A stretch of DNA of 64,000 bases from an uncultured Pseudomonadota bacterium (GTDB taxonomy: Bacteria > Babelota > Babeliae > Babelales > JAUPTZ01): positions 265,776-329,775 of the forward strand of contig CAYSBJ010000001.1 in the NCBI GenBank assembly GCA_964429275.1, written 5' to 3'. Under the pieces are notes generated by a model. The model was given only the letters and a program-made list of their open reading frames with translations, did no database searches and was not told the origin of the DNA. Position 1 is the stretch's first letter; each line of letters opens with the position of its first letter. Both the position numbers and the translations under genes were made by a program. Below, piece after piece: positions 1 through 9,847 of the stretch.

Positions 1-387
1 GGATCGATTCAGCAGATTACTAGTATTCCAGAGGATATTCGGCAGCTATACAAAACGGCGTTTGAAGTTGATCCTGAGTGGCTTATTAATCTGAGTGCAC
101 GTCGTGCAAAATGGCTTGACCAGGCGCAATCGCATAACATTTTTATGCAAGGAACTTCCGGTAAAAAACTGAACGATATCTACTTTGCGGCCTGGCGGTC
201 TGGTATGAAGAGTACGTATTACCTTCGCACTCTTGGCGCTTCGCAAATTGAGAAGTCGACTCTTGATGCGAAAGAGTATGGATTTACGCAGAAGCGGTTA
301 TACGCCGCAGAAGCCACCCCGGCGATGGAGTCGAGCGATCTGCGTACGTGTGGAATTGATAAAACTGATTGCGAGTCGTGTCAGTAA
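1..387 (+). CDS. nrdA: Ribonucleotide reductase alpha subunit, 3' end (starts before window)
   Basis: Frame 1 is open from base 1: ...YKTAFE...KWLDQAQSHNIF...MKSTYYLR... and ends in the C-terminal cysteine pair CESCQ; lies directly upstream of nrdB. Confidence 0.95.
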   Translation, partial: GSIQQITSIPEDIRQLYKTAFEVDPEWLINLSARRAKWLDQAQSHNIFMQGTSGKKLNDIYFAAWRSGMKSTYYLRTLGASQIEKSTLDAKEYGFTQKRLYAAEATPAMESSDLRTCGIDKTDCESCQ

Positions 388-402
388 AAGAAAGGGATAA
401 CA

Positions 403-1416
403 ATGTCATTAATACCACTTAACGGTAAATCAAAACATACCGACCCAAACAAAATTTTGCCGATGAAATATATGTGGGCTCGACAGCATTACAAAGATGG
501 TGTGGCTAATAGTTGGACGCCGGAGGAAATTTCGATGCAAGCCGATGTTGAGCAGTGGAAGTCGCGCGATGTGCTTACGGCTAATGACCGCCGATTGATT
601 TTGTGGAATCTTGGATTCTTTTCTACTGCAGAATCATTAACCGCGAACAATATTGTGATGGCGGTCTATCGGCATATTGCCAATCCAGAATGCCGTCAGT
701 ATATGCTGCGCCAGGCATTTGAGGAGGCGGTTCACACAGACACCTTTATTTATTGTTGCGATAGCCTTGGGCTCGATCCAGAAGAGATCTATCGTATGTA
801 CGAAACAGTTCCTTCGATTAAGGCAAAAGATGATTTTGTGATCGGCTTGACCAAGCAGATACTAGATCCACGGTTTGAGATTAATACCGTTGAAGATGTG
901 CAACAGTTTGTCCGAGACCTCATTGGGTATTACGTAGTGATGGAAGGGGTCTTCTTCTACGCTGGTTTTGCCATGATGCTGGCGCTTAAGCGTCAAAATA
1001 AGATGGTTGGCATTGGAGAGCAGTTTGAGTACATCATGAGGGATGAAAGCCTCCATCTTGCGTTTGGCTGTGATTTAATCAATACCTTGCGTGCTGAGCA
1101 CCCTTCTATTTGGACGCCGGCATTTAAGGAAGAGATCTCAATGCTAGTGCAAAAAGCAGTAGTGCTGGAATCTCAGTACGCCAAAGATGCCTGTCCGCAA
1201 GGGATGTTGGGCATTAATGCTGAGCAGTTTTCTAACTACGTGAAGTATATTGCCGATCGCCGTTTGGTGCGCATTGGTTTGCCTGAAGTCTATCTTCAAG
1301 AAAATCCATTTCCGTGGATGTCTCAGTCAACTGACCTGCAGAAGGAGAAGAATTTCTTTGAAACGCGTGTTACCGAGTATCAATCCGCGGCTTCGTTAGA
1401 TATGGATGGTTTTTAG
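403..1416 (+). CDS. nrdB: Ribonucleotide reductase beta subunit, class Ic (Chlamydia-type) signature
   Basis: Ferritin-like ligand motifs AESL, EEAVH, MEG..FY, RDESLH and C-terminal NFFE..V.EY. Phe occupies the radical-Tyr position (EAVHTDTF). Confidence 0.93.
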   Translation: MSLIPLNGKSKHTDPNKILPMKYMWARQHYKDGVANSWTPEEISMQADVEQWKSRDVLTANDRRLILWNLGFFSTAESLTANNIVMAVYRHIANPECRQYMLRQAFEEAVHTDTFIYCCDSLGLDPEEIYRMYETVPSIKAKDDFVIGLTKQILDPRFEINTVEDVQQFVRDLIGYYVVMEGVFFYAGFAMMLALKRQNKMVGIGEQFEYIMRDESLHLAFGCDLINTLRAEHPSIWTPAFKEEISMLVQKAVVLESQYAKDACPQGMLGINAEQFSNYVKYIADRRLVRIGLPEVYLQENPFPWMSQSTDLQKEKNFFETRVTEYQSAASLDMDGF

Positions 1417-1475
1417 CCTGATTACTCATCTGTGTCGGTTGATTCAGCGCCAGTCTCACTTGCGCGGCGCGCGAC

Positions 1476-2021
1476 TTATTTTTTAATAATCGAGGCTTTG
1501 TATTCTTGTAAGGCGGCATCAGTGGCAAACCACAGCATGGTGCCGCCATCTTTTTGAGTGTACGTCTCGGCCTTGCCGCTGGATTCAAGTATCGCAAGGC
1601 TTGCGCCTGGGGCAGTGGTAGTATTGCTTATTGTTATATTCTTTTGCCCGCTGATGGTGACGTGTACGTGATCGTTTAGAGAGATTTCTTCAAGATGGAT
1701 GGTGCCAGTCGTCTTGATTTCAAGCAGAGTCGGCGATTCTTTGGTGGTTGTGAAACTGCAGCGATCAAAAATAAGGTTAGCGCGGGTTATAATTGAGTCA
1801 TTTTCGGCTAAGAAGATCTCTGCGTTGCGAAAAGCGATTTGCGTTATATTTGGGAGAAGAATTATCTCTTCTAGTGAGAATGTGTTGTTTTCTATCTTGA
1901 TTTCAGATCTGCGGCTGAGGTCTTGAGGGGAGGTGATAGCAGATGTGTCTGTCCCCATGGCGAGCGCAGGAATGGTAGTGAGCAGGTAGGTAAATAGTGC
2001 ATTGCGGTAAGAGAAGATCAT
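1476..2021 (-). CDS. Hypothetical exported protein
   Basis: 181-aa ORF with SD aaggag and a Sec-like N-terminus (..TTIPALA|M). Confidence 0.7.
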   Translation of the reverse strand: MIFSYRNALFTYLLTTIPALAMGTDTSAITSPQDLSRRSEIKIENNTFSLEEIILLPNITQIAFRNAEIFLAENDSIITRANLIFDRCSFTTTKESPTLLEIKTTGTIHLEEISLNDHVHVTISGQKNITISNTTTAPGASLAILESSGKAETYTQKDGGTMLWFATDAALQEYKASIIKK

Positions 2022-2239
2022 GAGGTGCTCCTTTGGGTTTGGGGTAGCTGGATTGTAGCGCGCGATGGGGCGATGGGGGAAGATTTTGGTGCTCTCGCGC
2101 GGATTGGGCCATGCCAGGAGGGCAGCAAAAGCGGTCTAAATGGGCCCCCTTTTGCTGCCTCAGCGAGCATTTCTTTCACATTGAATTAATTTCTTGCTAT
2201 GCTTGAGTTCGTCCATAGAAGTTTTCTTAAGGAATCCGT

Positions 2240-3487
2240 ATGAAAATTCTGTCTAAAACACTCCTCCTTGCGGCCTTTTTTGTTGGTTTGAACACCGCGG
2301 TTGAAGCGCATAGCACCTCAACACGAGCTGCCTTTGGTGGCGCCTTAATCGCAAGCTTGGCCGGTGCCGGCTACTTTGGAAAAAAGGCGTATCGCGCCTA
2401 TGCAGCATTACAAAAAATCCGACTCGCGGTGCAACGAGACCCACAAAACATTGAATTGAAAGAGGCTCGGGGTAGGGCGACAACCTCCTTTATTATGTCC
2501 CTTGGTGGTACCGGCCTTTCTGCCATTGCAGCCTTTTTTGCTGGTAGAGAAGCGATGAAAGAAGATGTGGCGACGCGACCGGTTGTTCCGGTGGCTGAGG
2601 GCGTGGTAACGGCTCCATCTGCAGTGTCTGCTGCTTCAGAAGGTGTTGAAGTTGAGGGCGAAAATTTGGTTAATTCACCATCTGTGGCGACAATTGGTTC
2701 TTCGGTTGTTGCATCTCCTTCGGTGCCGACAGAGGTGTCCACCGCACATAGGTCTTTGGAGGAACAACGAGATCAGTTTCCCCCAGCCGGTAGTGATACG
2801 AACAGGAGTCTGGCTGAGTTGAGCCTGCCGGCGCCTGTTAATGAAGGAGCCATGGAGAACGATCCGTCAGTTCTGCCCGTTATTTCAACGGTTGGGGTTG
2901 TTGCTGACCGGGACGAGAGTGATGTCGAATATGATCATTCCGTTGATGCGCCGCAGACGAATCAAGCTTTGGTTCCTACTAGTTCGAGGCCAGTTTTTGA
3001 CGATGCCGCTATCGAAACGCTTGCAGCATCTATTGTAAATACGGACATCCCAGCTATGAGTCCAGAAGAGTACCGCAAACGATGGGAGGACTTAAATGCG
3101 AAAACTAGCGCTCCTGTCGCTGATTATGAATCCTATAAAGCACTGCTTAAAGAGTTTGTAGATCTTATCTACATAAATTACTGGGGCCGGTTTGACTATG
3201 AACACGAAAAGTTCCTTGAAAAAGCTGATATAGGTTTATTATACGGCGGTACTTGCGATAATATGAGGAAGCTATCCAAGGAAATTTTTGGCGGGTTCGA
3301 TCTAGGATTGCTTTTCTTCGCCGTCGAGAAAGAATGTGCAGAAAAATTCGAGGGCATTTGGCGGGAAAAACTCTATCACGTTTATCCGGCGTTTGTAAAA
3401 GGGCTCAATCGTCGCAAGACCTTGCGCCAGTGCAAGAGTATTTTGAATATATATTCTCTTGCAAAAATAAGGGGGTTGTATATGTGA
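2240..3487 (+). CDS. Hypothetical exported protein with Gly/Ala hydrophobic hairpin and a Ser/Val/Pro-rich low-complexity middle
   Basis: 415-aa ORF, SD aagga, signal peptide (..AVEA|H), two hydrophobic helices near the N-terminus. Confidence 0.75.
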   Translation: MKILSKTLLLAAFFVGLNTAVEAHSTSTRAAFGGALIASLAGAGYFGKKAYRAYAALQKIRLAVQRDPQNIELKEARGRATTSFIMSLGGTGLSAIAAFFAGREAMKEDVATRPVVPVAEGVVTAPSAVSAASEGVEVEGENLVNSPSVATIGSSVVASPSVPTEVSTAHRSLEEQRDQFPPAGSDTNRSLAELSLPAPVNEGAMENDPSVLPVISTVGVVADRDESDVEYDHSVDAPQTNQALVPTSSRPVFDDAAIETLAASIVNTDIPAMSPEEYRKRWEDLNAKTSAPVADYESYKALLKEFVDLIYINYWGRFDYEHEKFLEKADIGLLYGGTCDNMRKLSKEIFGGFDLGLLFFAVEKECAEKFEGIWREKLYHVYPAFVKGLNRRKTLRQCKSILNIYSLAKIRGLYM

Positions 3488-3942
3488 AAGAGAATGTTCG
3501 AAAGCAACTTTTAAAAATGGAGCTGTCTTTGTATCGTGACTACATTAGAAAGAAGTCGGAAGTGGATTTTGATAATTTGACTGTCAATGAGGTAGTACGT
3601 GGTAATCATAAGTATAAAGATTTTGACCTTGAAAGAGCAACGTGGATGGATGAATTACAGAGTGAGGTCACGAGTCGGAACACAGAAAGGCTTTTGCAGG
3701 CCTATAGATCATTGGTGAATACAGCAAGCTTGTTTACCGCCCAAAAATTAAGGGAGAAAATGCAGGCATGTAAAAAAGAATTGCTCGCGAAGTTTCATAA
3801 AGAAGTGGATGTGAATTATTCCTTAGATGAAGAATGTTATATAGATACATTCGCCATTGTATGTAAGCAGGTTGAGCAAGAACTCAATTCTCTTATTGCT
3901 GCCAAAGAGAGACTTGCTTCTTCGGACAAAAAATCTGAATAA
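3484..3942 (+). CDS. Hypothetical helical protein
   Basis: A GTG start overlaps the upstream stop (atgtga); charged helical sequence. The start position is uncertain. Confidence 0.55.
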   Translation: MKENVRKQLLKMELSLYRDYIRKKSEVDFDNLTVNEVVRGNHKYKDFDLERATWMDELQSEVTSRNTERLLQAYRSLVNTASLFTAQKLREKMQACKKELLAKFHKEVDVNYSLDEECYIDTFAIVCKQVEQELNSLIAAKERLASSDKKSE

Positions 3943-4014
3943 AGAGTTAGTGATGGCGTAAAAAGCCCGTTTTTGTTACGATGCCTATCACGATTCTACT
4001 TTTAGTGAGGTTTC

Positions 4015-4467
4015 ATGGATCTATTTACCTACTTTTCTCCGGCAGTTTTGTGGCTCATCAGCGGCTTGGTTTTGCTGCTTATTGAGTTGACGACTCCGGG
4101 TTTATTCTTTTTTATTTCATTTGCATTTGGCTGTTTGTTTGGCGCGTTGGGGGCTTGGCTTGGGTATTCCTTTGCAATACAGGCAACCATTGCGTTAGTG
4201 GTGGCGCTTATCCAGTTTAGCGGTATGCGTCGGGCGTTACGTCGTTATACCAATTCGGTGCAGACACCAACCAACACGCAAGCGCTTTTAGGGAAACGAG
4301 CGGTGGTGACCACGCCGGTGACTCCTTTTCAACCAGGCGCCGTAAAAGTTGGCGGCGAAGTGTGGGCCGCTAGTTCAGAGTTTAATTGTAGTGTAGGCAC
4401 TGTTGTGAGAGTTCTCCGCGTGGAGGGCAATCGCGTTGTGGTTACCTTGAATCATACAGAAGGATAA
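4015..4467 (+). CDS. NfeD/YbbJ-family membrane protein
   Basis: N-terminal TM helices (W...G..LL..EL..PG.F) and an OB-fold tail (G.VKVGGEVW.A ... VEGN.V.V); adjacent to an SPFH gene as usual. Confidence 0.9.
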   Translation: MDLFTYFSPAVLWLISGLVLLLIELTTPGLFFFISFAFGCLFGALGAWLGYSFAIQATIALVVALIQFSGMRRALRRYTNSVQTPTNTQALLGKRAVVTTPVTPFQPGAVKVGGEVWAASSEFNCSVGTVVRVLRVEGNRVVVTLNHTEG

Positions 4468-4469
4468 TT

Positions 4470-5423
4470 ATGGAACTTATATTTTCTTTGGGACTGGTGT
4501 TCTTTGGGGTACTTGTCCTTTTTTTATGTACCGTGCTTATTAAATCAACGTACATTGTAAGCCAAGCGGAAGTGGTGCTTATTGAGCGCTTTGGTAAATA
4601 TCACCAATTGCTGACCTCCGGGATACATTTCATTGTTCCGTTTATGGATCAGCCACGCCGAACTCACTGGACCTTTCTTAAGGATCAGCCAGGCAGTCGC
4701 ACGCTCTATCGTTACATTATGGCGCTTGAGCGTATTGACTTGCGTGAAGCGGTGTATGACTTTCCAAAGCAAAACGTCATTACTCGTGATAACGTAACGA
4801 TGGAAATTAACGCACTGCTCTACTATCAAATTACCGATCCAAAGCGCGCGGTATACGAAGTATCTGATTTGCCGCAAGCGATTGAAAAGCTGACGCAAAC
4901 AACGCTGCGTAACGTTATCGGTTCTCTTGATTTGGACGAAACACTGACGTCGCGTGATCAGGTGAACACCAAGCTGCGCATCATTCTTGATGAAGCTACT
5001 GATAAGTGGGGCGTGAAGGTGAATCGCGTTGAGCTGCAGGAAGTAAATCCGCCGCTTGATATTCGTAACGCGATGGAAAAACAAATGCGCGCTGAGCGTG
5101 ACCGTCGTGCATTGATTTTGGAAGCTGAAGGTAAAAAATCGGCAGCCATTTTGACCGCACAGGGTGAAATGGAAGCGGCCATTATGTGTGCTGAAGGTGC
5201 AGCGCAGGCTCGTTTGAAGCATGCACAGGCGGAAGCTGAAGCGATTGCAATGATTCGGCGTGCTGCGCCGGATAGTGATCCGTTCCCGTATTTGATAGCG
5301 CTTAACTACTTGAAGGTGCTGCCAGAAATGATGAAGGGTGGCGAAGGCAAGACGGTTGTTATTCCGTACGAAGCTGCTGGTGTTATGGGAGCATTGGGGT
5401 CGGTTCGGGAGCTGATGAAATAA
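4470..5423 (+). CDS. SPFH/stomatin (QmcA/paraslipin-like) protein
   Basis: Motifs IERFGKY, IDLRE, VITRDNV, QTTLRNVIG, KQMRAERDRRA. Confidence 0.93.
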   Translation: MELIFSLGLVFFGVLVLFLCTVLIKSTYIVSQAEVVLIERFGKYHQLLTSGIHFIVPFMDQPRRTHWTFLKDQPGSRTLYRYIMALERIDLREAVYDFPKQNVITRDNVTMEINALLYYQITDPKRAVYEVSDLPQAIEKLTQTTLRNVIGSLDLDETLTSRDQVNTKLRIILDEATDKWGVKVNRVELQEVNPPLDIRNAMEKQMRAERDRRALILEAEGKKSAAILTAQGEMEAAIMCAEGAAQARLKHAQAEAEAIAMIRRAAPDSDPFPYLIALNYLKVLPEMMKGGEGKTVVIPYEAAGVMGALGSVRELMK

Positions 5424-5442
5424 CTTTTTTGGTTTGTTTATA

Positions 5443-5476
5443 GAGAAAAAGGGAGACAGAGATGTCTCCCTTTTTC
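5443..5476. terminator. Bidirectional intrinsic terminator
   Basis: agaaaaagggagaca-gaga-tgtctccctttttct is a perfect hairpin between convergent genes. Confidence 0.85.
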
Positions 5477-5494
5477 TATCCAGCTGGTTTATTT

Positions 5495-5523
5495 TGGATT
5501 GCCGCGCTGTCGCTCGCAATGAC
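5495..5523. repeat. REP-like palindrome half-copy (tggattgc...ctcgcaatgac)
   Basis: Matches the right arm of the full element at 23594-23660 and the copy at 10434. Confidence 0.75.
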
Positions 5524-5563
5524 AGCTATCGCTGTCTTTAGTTAAGATTAAATGGGTTCCACG

Positions 5564-6172
5564 CTATGTGTTATTCGATAGTGCCATCAGGGCTAGAATC
5601 GTGAGTATCACTGCCGACGCACCAATCACAATCTTCTTTCTCTCGTTCCGCTCCTGCGACTTAACCTGTTCATCTACTCGTTCGGTGAGTAGGGCGCCGT
5701 CAGTGGGGTAGCCGATTGGCCCGTAATAGAGCCCCAGATTCTTGAGGCAGGTCGCCACCATCTCTTCTTCTGCATGAGTGGCGCAAAAGAGATTACACTC
5801 TTGCTGGCAGCGCTCGAGAGCTGCGGCATGCATTTTTTTGATAGACCCTTGGCTTTGAGGTGTACGCATATCAGCGTTTTTCATTAAGAGTGTTTTCATG
5901 CATTCAAGGACGGCTTGATTAAGAGCTGGATGCTGGTTGGAAAACAGGATAAGAGGGGAAAGAGAGGGGCCAATAATGGCCAAGTCATTAGCTAGTTCGA
6001 TGGCCGAGATTGAAAGAGTGGGGTCATTGAGGAGTTTTTGACAGAATTGGGCGACTAATACTTCTTCTGAAGGAAGCGGTTGAGCGCTGGTCCCAGAAAG
6101 GATGTTACACGTGAAAAGCCCCCAAAGAAGCAGGCTCGTACGCATCGTATTATTATGTAGAAAAAGTACCAT
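5564..6172 (-). CDS. Hypothetical protein, signal peptide plus C-terminal TM anchor
   Basis: 202-aa ORF, SD ggagg, hydrophobic N-terminus and C-terminal IVIGASAVILTILALMAL. Confidence 0.7.
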   Translation of the reverse strand: MVLFLHNNTMRTSLLLWGLFTCNILSGTSAQPLPSEEVLVAQFCQKLLNDPTLSISAIELANDLAIIGPSLSPLILFSNQHPALNQAVLECMKTLLMKNADMRTPQSQGSIKKMHAAALERCQQECNLFCATHAEEEMVATCLKNLGLYYGPIGYPTDGALLTERVDEQVKSQERNERKKIVIGASAVILTILALMALSNNT

Positions 6173-6289
6173 AAGGCCTCCTGTATTTGCTGTGATATAC
6201 CGGAGTGCTGCGTGTCGGTTTCAGCACCATTCTGTAACATGATGCTGAAACGGTAACACGACTGAATTTCTTTGGCAAGAAAAAGCTAA

Positions 6290-7054
6290 TTAAATGACGG
6301 CTTTTTCTTGATTCCCTATGGTTTGTTGGTGGGAGTGATGTATGGCATTGTCTGATTGTGAGCCATGGTGGCCGCGTGTGGAGGTATGAACAAATTGTTG
6401 TACCTGCTGCAGCATGATGTTGCGCGCAATTGGGTCTGTTTCAAACTCCTTGGTGCAATCGAGTACCAAGATTGGCACATCAAGCAGGGAAGCCAATACT
6501 TCCTGCTTGTTGATTAACCATTCCTCGTGGCGGCTATGAAGGGCTTCCAGGTAGGAGAGTGGGATGCTTGATTCTTCACAGCGGGACCGCTTTTGAATTC
6601 GGTTAAAGCAGACGTCAGGAGTAGTGCGCAGGTAAATAAAGCCGCTTGGTTTTTTGGTATACGCTTGGACGAGCCAGCCAAACCACTCTTTATAAATATT
6701 CCATTCGAGTGCGCTCATGAAGCCGAGTTCATAGCAGTTTTTTGCAAAGCAATAGCGATCGCAATACACAGAGCGCTCATAAATTTGAGGCTCAAGGGAT
6801 GTTACGGAAGCTTCGTGATCGATTTGTGACTGAATGCGGCTAATGAAAGCGTATGATTGGAAAGTGTAGGCCCATCGTTGGGTATCTTTATAAAAGAGGT
6901 CAAGTAGGTTTCCATCCTTGTCTTTGCGCTGCCATTTGTCAGTTGGCTCGTACACAACATCAATGCCAAGAACTTCATGCATAAGACGGAGGAATGTTGA
7001 TTTTCCAGCGCCGATATTTCCTTCAACCACAAAATGAGGGGCAGAGCGTGCCAT
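6290..7054 (-). CDS. Deoxynucleoside kinase (dCK/dGK family)
   Basis: P-loop VEGNIGAGKST, EP..KW, YERSVYCDRY, lid RIQKRSR.EE. Confidence 0.93.
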   Translation of the reverse strand: MARSAPHFVVEGNIGAGKSTFLRLMHEVLGIDVVYEPTDKWQRKDKDGNLLDLFYKDTQRWAYTFQSYAFISRIQSQIDHEASVTSLEPQIYERSVYCDRYCFAKNCYELGFMSALEWNIYKEWFGWLVQAYTKKPSGFIYLRTTPDVCFNRIQKRSRCEESSIPLSYLEALHSRHEEWLINKQEVLASLLDVPILVLDCTKEFETDPIARNIMLQQVQQFVHTSTRGHHGSQSDNAIHHSHQQTIGNQEKAVI

Positions 7055-7248
7055 GAGATCCTTTCGGTAGAAAAATGAGAATTGTTGGGGCGGTCATTGT
7101 AGAGATTTTTACCGCGGATGGCGATCTTTTTTTTAAGGTTTCTATCTTGATATTTAGTATACATTTTTATTGAAAATGGGCGGCGAATTTGCTTTAGTGC
7201 TCCTAGAGATGGATGTCTGTAAGGTGCCTGGTCAAAAGGCCCTCCAAA

Positions 7249-7276
7249 TTGACAATGTAAGAAAACTCTTTACACT
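7249..7276 (+). promoter_or_regulatory. Sigma70-type promoter candidate
   Basis: TTGACA-N16-TACACT upstream of the ORF at 7405. Confidence 0.55.
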
Positions 7277-7404
7277 TGCGCCCACTAGATCTTTCTCTAT
7301 ATAGATACGTGGAATATTCCACCATTAGTCTCCCCTCAAAGTTTGTGATTTATTTTGTTGCCTGTTGGCAGCGGGTGCAGCATGACTTTTATTAAGGATG
7401 TAGT

Positions 7405-8982
7405 ATGAATATAAAAAGATGTACCCTACGCTATTCTCTGGTACTTGGTAGTGCCGTTTTTCTTTCTTCTTTTGCGTCAGCGTCGACTGATGCCCCCATT
7501 GAGTCAAATCCTCGTGGAACACTTGCGCAAGGTGCAGCTCTGGTGATTGGCACCCGGCTAGTATGGAAAAACCTTCAAAATCCACGTCAACGAGATATGC
7601 TGTATGAGCCGATCTCATGCAAGGATATGGTATATGAAAATGAATCGTTGAGCCTTGTTTTTACTCGTGCTGGTAGGCTTGCGTATGGCATAGGTGACCT
7701 TATTAATCTAAATGTCGTAGAAGATGCGGTGCGAACGGTTCTTTCATTTAAGTTTTTCAAGGATGTTGGTTCAGAGCCGAGTGAAGAGGATGTGGCGGAC
7801 TATGAAACAGCATTTGCTGCGTGGGAAGCTGCTGCTGGGGCTGTTGCGACTAATGCGCAAACGTATGCGGCTGCCATTACTGAGTGTATCGAACAAATTA
7901 CTTTTCAGGAGCATCGGTTAGGAGCAGTTGGGTACAAAGAATGGGTTTATGATCAATTTTGTTTCTCTGCGCGTACGTGGGTAGGTTTTGCCGAGCGTAA
8001 TTACTGGCTTGATGATGCATACAGAAAAAAATTTGCAGCGACGGCACAGTATCTTTTCCCGAGTAATGATGGGACGTTTAACTTGTCTGATTTTGTAACT
8101 ATGAATTGGGGCATTGGCGATACTCACCTTAAGTGTGGTTGGATAAACCCGCTCGGACGAGGGTTTGAATTGAAAACGGGCGTTACGGCGATTGTTCCTA
8201 CTGCAACCGAAACTCGACGGGTGACTGACCGGCAGTTGATGCCGTTGACGCTTGATGATTTTCAGGGATATGGACGCGCCCGAATCAACGAGGTTTTTAT
8301 TGCACCGAAATTGGGGAATGGCGGACATTTTGGGGGTGGTCTATGGAGTGATGTTACCTGGAGTCAGAAATTTTTTCATGATCAGCACCAGTTGAAAATC
8401 AAGGCGCATGCCGGTGCTGATTATTTGATTCCAGGAGCAGAGGAGCGTTTATTTATGCAGTATCCTACTATTACAATAGCGAATGCCTCCGCTGCAAATG
8501 ATCTCATGGCTTCTTTTTTAAACGGTACGGATGATGCTCAGTTTAGAGCTTTTATTGGGCAGTATATTTTGCCAGAACCCGCGATGGTAGTAGTTGCCCC
8601 GGGGGCGATTGTTCAACTTGGCGTAACGATGCAGTATAATTTTGGCAAGGCTCTCTTCTTTGCTGGATATGACTGGTATTACAAGAGCGCTGAGAAGATT
8701 ACGCAAATAATAATGCCTTCTGATGTAGCAACATTTTTCCCTGCTCAAATAGACTTAGCTTTGGTAGGCGGGAGAATTCAAGGGGTAAATCTTCCTTCCA
8801 GTAATCAACAAAAGGTTTTTGGCGGGGTTTCGTATAATGCGCTCCATCGCGATGTAGCTTTATTTTCCCAGCAATTTTCGCAATTAGGGGTCAGTTATGG
8901 CTTGCACGGGGCCGTTGCAACAGCTGCATCTGGTTTGGGCGATGACTTTAGTATTGGATTAAGTTTTGGGGTTAAGTGCTAG
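7405..8982 (+). CDS. Hypothetical exported protein, possible outer-membrane beta-barrel
   Basis: 525 aa with a signal peptide. The C-terminal half has alternating amphipathic, aromatic-rich strands ending FSIGLSFGVKC. Confidence 0.6.
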   Translation: MNIKRCTLRYSLVLGSAVFLSSFASASTDAPIESNPRGTLAQGAALVIGTRLVWKNLQNPRQRDMLYEPISCKDMVYENESLSLVFTRAGRLAYGIGDLINLNVVEDAVRTVLSFKFFKDVGSEPSEEDVADYETAFAAWEAAAGAVATNAQTYAAAITECIEQITFQEHRLGAVGYKEWVYDQFCFSARTWVGFAERNYWLDDAYRKKFAATAQYLFPSNDGTFNLSDFVTMNWGIGDTHLKCGWINPLGRGFELKTGVTAIVPTATETRRVTDRQLMPLTLDDFQGYGRARINEVFIAPKLGNGGHFGGGLWSDVTWSQKFFHDQHQLKIKAHAGADYLIPGAEERLFMQYPTITIANASAANDLMASFLNGTDDAQFRAFIGQYILPEPAMVVVAPGAIVQLGVTMQYNFGKALFFAGYDWYYKSAEKITQIIMPSDVATFFPAQIDLALVGGRIQGVNLPSSNQQKVFGGVSYNALHRDVALFSQQFSQLGVSYGLHGAVATAASGLGDDFSIGLSFGVKC

Positions 8983-9077
8983 GCACGCCCTTGTTTTTTT
9001 GGGAGAAACGTTGCAATGGCTAGCGTTTTTCTACTAGACTGAAGTGATAGATGAGTTTTTATCTTAAAGGATTTACG

Positions 9078-9770
9078 ATGAATAAAAAATGTAATGTGTT
9101 GCTTTTGACAGTCCTCATGGGCGCGGGGTCATTGATAGCGGCTCCAAAGAAAACAGATCCGGTTGTTGATGATCAAAAATCAACTGAGAAAGCAACTAAA
9201 AGTACGACCTCGAGTGATTTGAAGCGCTTAAAATTTGAAAACAAAGAAAATATTGCGCTTATGGAAATGTTGACCAAATTGGTCATGATGAAGCGGGACC
9301 AGGAAATTTCAATGTTGGTTCGCGCCTTGGCTTCAGCGCAGAAGGCTGAGCAACTTCGTTTAGCGGAGTTAGAGGCAGAAGCTTTTGACGTAGCTGCTAA
9401 GAAGCTAGTGAGCGAAATGCTCTCTTTCTTTGAGCTTTTGAGCGTTGTTCGTAGTGTAGTGGAAGAGAGTCTTCAAAAAAGCACGATTATCGACTTGCAA
9501 GCTAATTATAAAGGGCGTAAGCCATTCTTGATTGCGGCTTTGGATATGTCTCGCGCTGAACAAGAACAAAAGCTTGAACAAGCAACCCGTGAAGTAAGAA
9601 GAGAGGTTATTCTTGAAGTTGCGGCAGTACTTGAAGTGTTGAAACACAATATGGGCCGCAGTGTTAAAAAGACCATTTCTCCATTGGTTGAACAGCATTT
9701 AGCACAAGAAGCACAAAAGCGTAGCCCAGTTGATACTTCGGCGCAAAATAGTGACGAAATTGAAGCTTAA
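9078..9770 (+). CDS. Hypothetical exported helical protein
   Basis: SD aagga before ATG 9078; signal peptide (..GSLIA|A). Confidence 0.7.
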   Translation: MNKKCNVLLLTVLMGAGSLIAAPKKTDPVVDDQKSTEKATKSTTSSDLKRLKFENKENIALMEMLTKLVMMKRDQEISMLVRALASAQKAEQLRLAELEAEAFDVAAKKLVSEMLSFFELLSVVRSVVEESLQKSTIIDLQANYKGRKPFLIAALDMSRAEQEQKLEQATREVRREVILEVAAVLEVLKHNMGRSVKKTISPLVEQHLAQEAQKRSPVDTSAQNSDEIEA

Positions 9771-9813
9771 TTAAATTAGTTAGCACGATTCAAAATACTG
9801 ATTATATAAACGT

Positions 9814-9846
9814 AAGGCGTAGTAGCGAGAGTTACTACGCCTTTTT
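9814..9846 (+). terminator. Intrinsic terminator
   Basis: aaggcgtagtagc-gaga-gttactacgcctt followed by a T-run. Confidence 0.85.
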
Positions 9847-9847
9847 G

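Noticed and set aside
3334..3942. Programmed frameshift joining ORFs 2240-3487 and 3334-3942
   Set aside because: A coupled GTG start at the ATGTGA overlap explains it more simply, and no clear slippery site with a stimulator is seen.
4545..5519. 324-aa ORF on the minus strand
   Set aside because: Antisense shadow of the SPFH gene, with no recognisable motifs.
7143..7300. NrdR-box-like sequences near the deoxynucleoside kinase promoter
   Set aside because: Only partial matches, not arranged as a convincing tandem pair.
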